From the IMG/VR virus record IMGVR_UViG_2547132279_000005: a stretch of DNA of 18,175 nucleotides; one strand, 5' to 3'. The stretch is from a virus. Lineage: Duplodnaviria; Heunggongvirae; Uroviricota; Caudoviricetes. Of this stretch, positions 17,425 to 18,175 are shown one piece after another. The notes beneath the pieces were generated by a model that saw nothing but the letters and a program-made list of their open reading frames with translations, made no database searches and was not told the DNA's origin. Both the position numbers and the translations under genes were made by a program. Every line of letters starts with the position of its first letter. The stretch's first letter is position 1.

Positions 17425-18175
17425 GGTTTATCAGACTGACAATGCCACGCTCTGTCGTGGGAATGCGCTGGAAATATTGCCGCTGATTGAGCCAGAAAGC
17501 ATTGATGCCTTAATCACTGACCCGCCTTACAGTTCGGGTGCGACACACAAGGCCGGACGCACCAACCAGGGCAGCCATGCAAAATATCTGAACGGCGAGA
17601 ACCTTCACCGCTTTGATGGGTTCGCGGGTGAAAACATGGACGCCCGTTCGTGGGCTTACTGGACACAATTATGGATGGCACAGGCACACCGCGCAGTCAG
17701 GCCGGGCGGTTATGCCCTGGTATTTACTGACTGGCGACAACTACCAGCTTTAACCGATGCGTTTCAGGCCAGTGGCTTTACATGGCGCGGCATCATTGCG
17801 TGGAACAAGGGGAGGGGGTCACGAACACCACATACCGGGTATTTCCGGCATCAGTGCGAATACATCGTCTGGGGCAGCAAAGGCCATTTAGATAAATCGC
17901 CTTCGGGACCGTTCGACGGCTGCATGACGTTCCCGGTTATCCCGTCAAAGAAAATGCACCCGACCGGAAAACCAGAAGAACTAATGGCGGAACTGGTCAG
18001 GACTGTGAATAGTGGCGGAACAGTCCTCGATCCTTTTATGGGGTCAGGGACAACGGGTGTGGCTGCACTGAAAGCAGGGCGAAAATTTATTGGTATAGAA
18101 ACCAGTGATCATTATTTTGAGGTAGCAGCGCAGAGGCTTCGGGGGACTATTACCACAACCATTTCGGCTACATAA
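17369..18175 (+). CDS. DNA methyltransferase, beta-class amino-methyltransferase (probable N6-adenine), com-linked
   Basis: Motif IV DPPY (ITDPPYSS) precedes motif I FxGxG (LDPFMGSGTTG), with HPTGKP between, the motif order of beta-class N6/N4 methyltransferases. The start overlaps the com 3' end; ATG 17369 or GTG 17375. The stop TAA is at 18173-18175. Confidence 0.85.
   Translation: MTVGIAIQHQPAHTPEHTKVYQTDNATLCRGNALEILPLIEPESIDALITDPPYSSGATHKAGRTNQGSHAKYLNGENLHRFDGFAGENMDARSWAYWTQLWMAQAHRAVRPGGYALVFTDWRQLPALTDAFQASGFTWRGIIAWNKGRGSRTPHTGYFRHQCEYIVWGSKGHLDKSPSGPFDGCMTFPVIPSKKMHPTGKPEELMAELVRTVNSGGTVLDPFMGSGTTGVAALKAGRKFIGIETSDHYFEVAAQRLRGTITTTISAT

Overview
The window is the late (tail and baseplate) region of a P2-like myovirus prophage of enterobacterial type, with accessory cargo at its right end. 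From left to right: (1) the 3' part of an IS21-family (IS100-like) element (istA C-terminus and istB) ending about 8 bp upstream of the first phage gene; (2) a co-directional plus-strand block of gpS-like, V, W, J, I, H and a G-like tail-fibre assembly gene, in which J is broken by an 11-bp tandem duplication; (3) a roughly 3.1-kb Gin/Pin/Hin-type invertible tail-fibre segment bounded by 26-bp inverted gix-like sites at 5726-5751 and 8797-8822, carrying two alternative fibre C-termini with their own chaperones, followed by a serine invertase gene; (4) the FI-FII-E/E'-T-U tail module on the minus strand, opposite to D and ogr, which is not the canonical P2 arrangement; (5) D and an Ogr-like zinc-finger activator; (6) an intact Hok-family type I toxin with an overlapping mok-like frame; (7) a Mu com homologue overlapping the start of a beta-class DPPY DNA methyltransferase, preceded by three clustered GATCGAT motifs. 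Item 7 is the most interesting: it reproduces the regulatory layout of the Mu mom operon but with a methyltransferase as payload. All protein assignments rest on reading the supplied translations against remembered family sequences and motifs; no database search was run.
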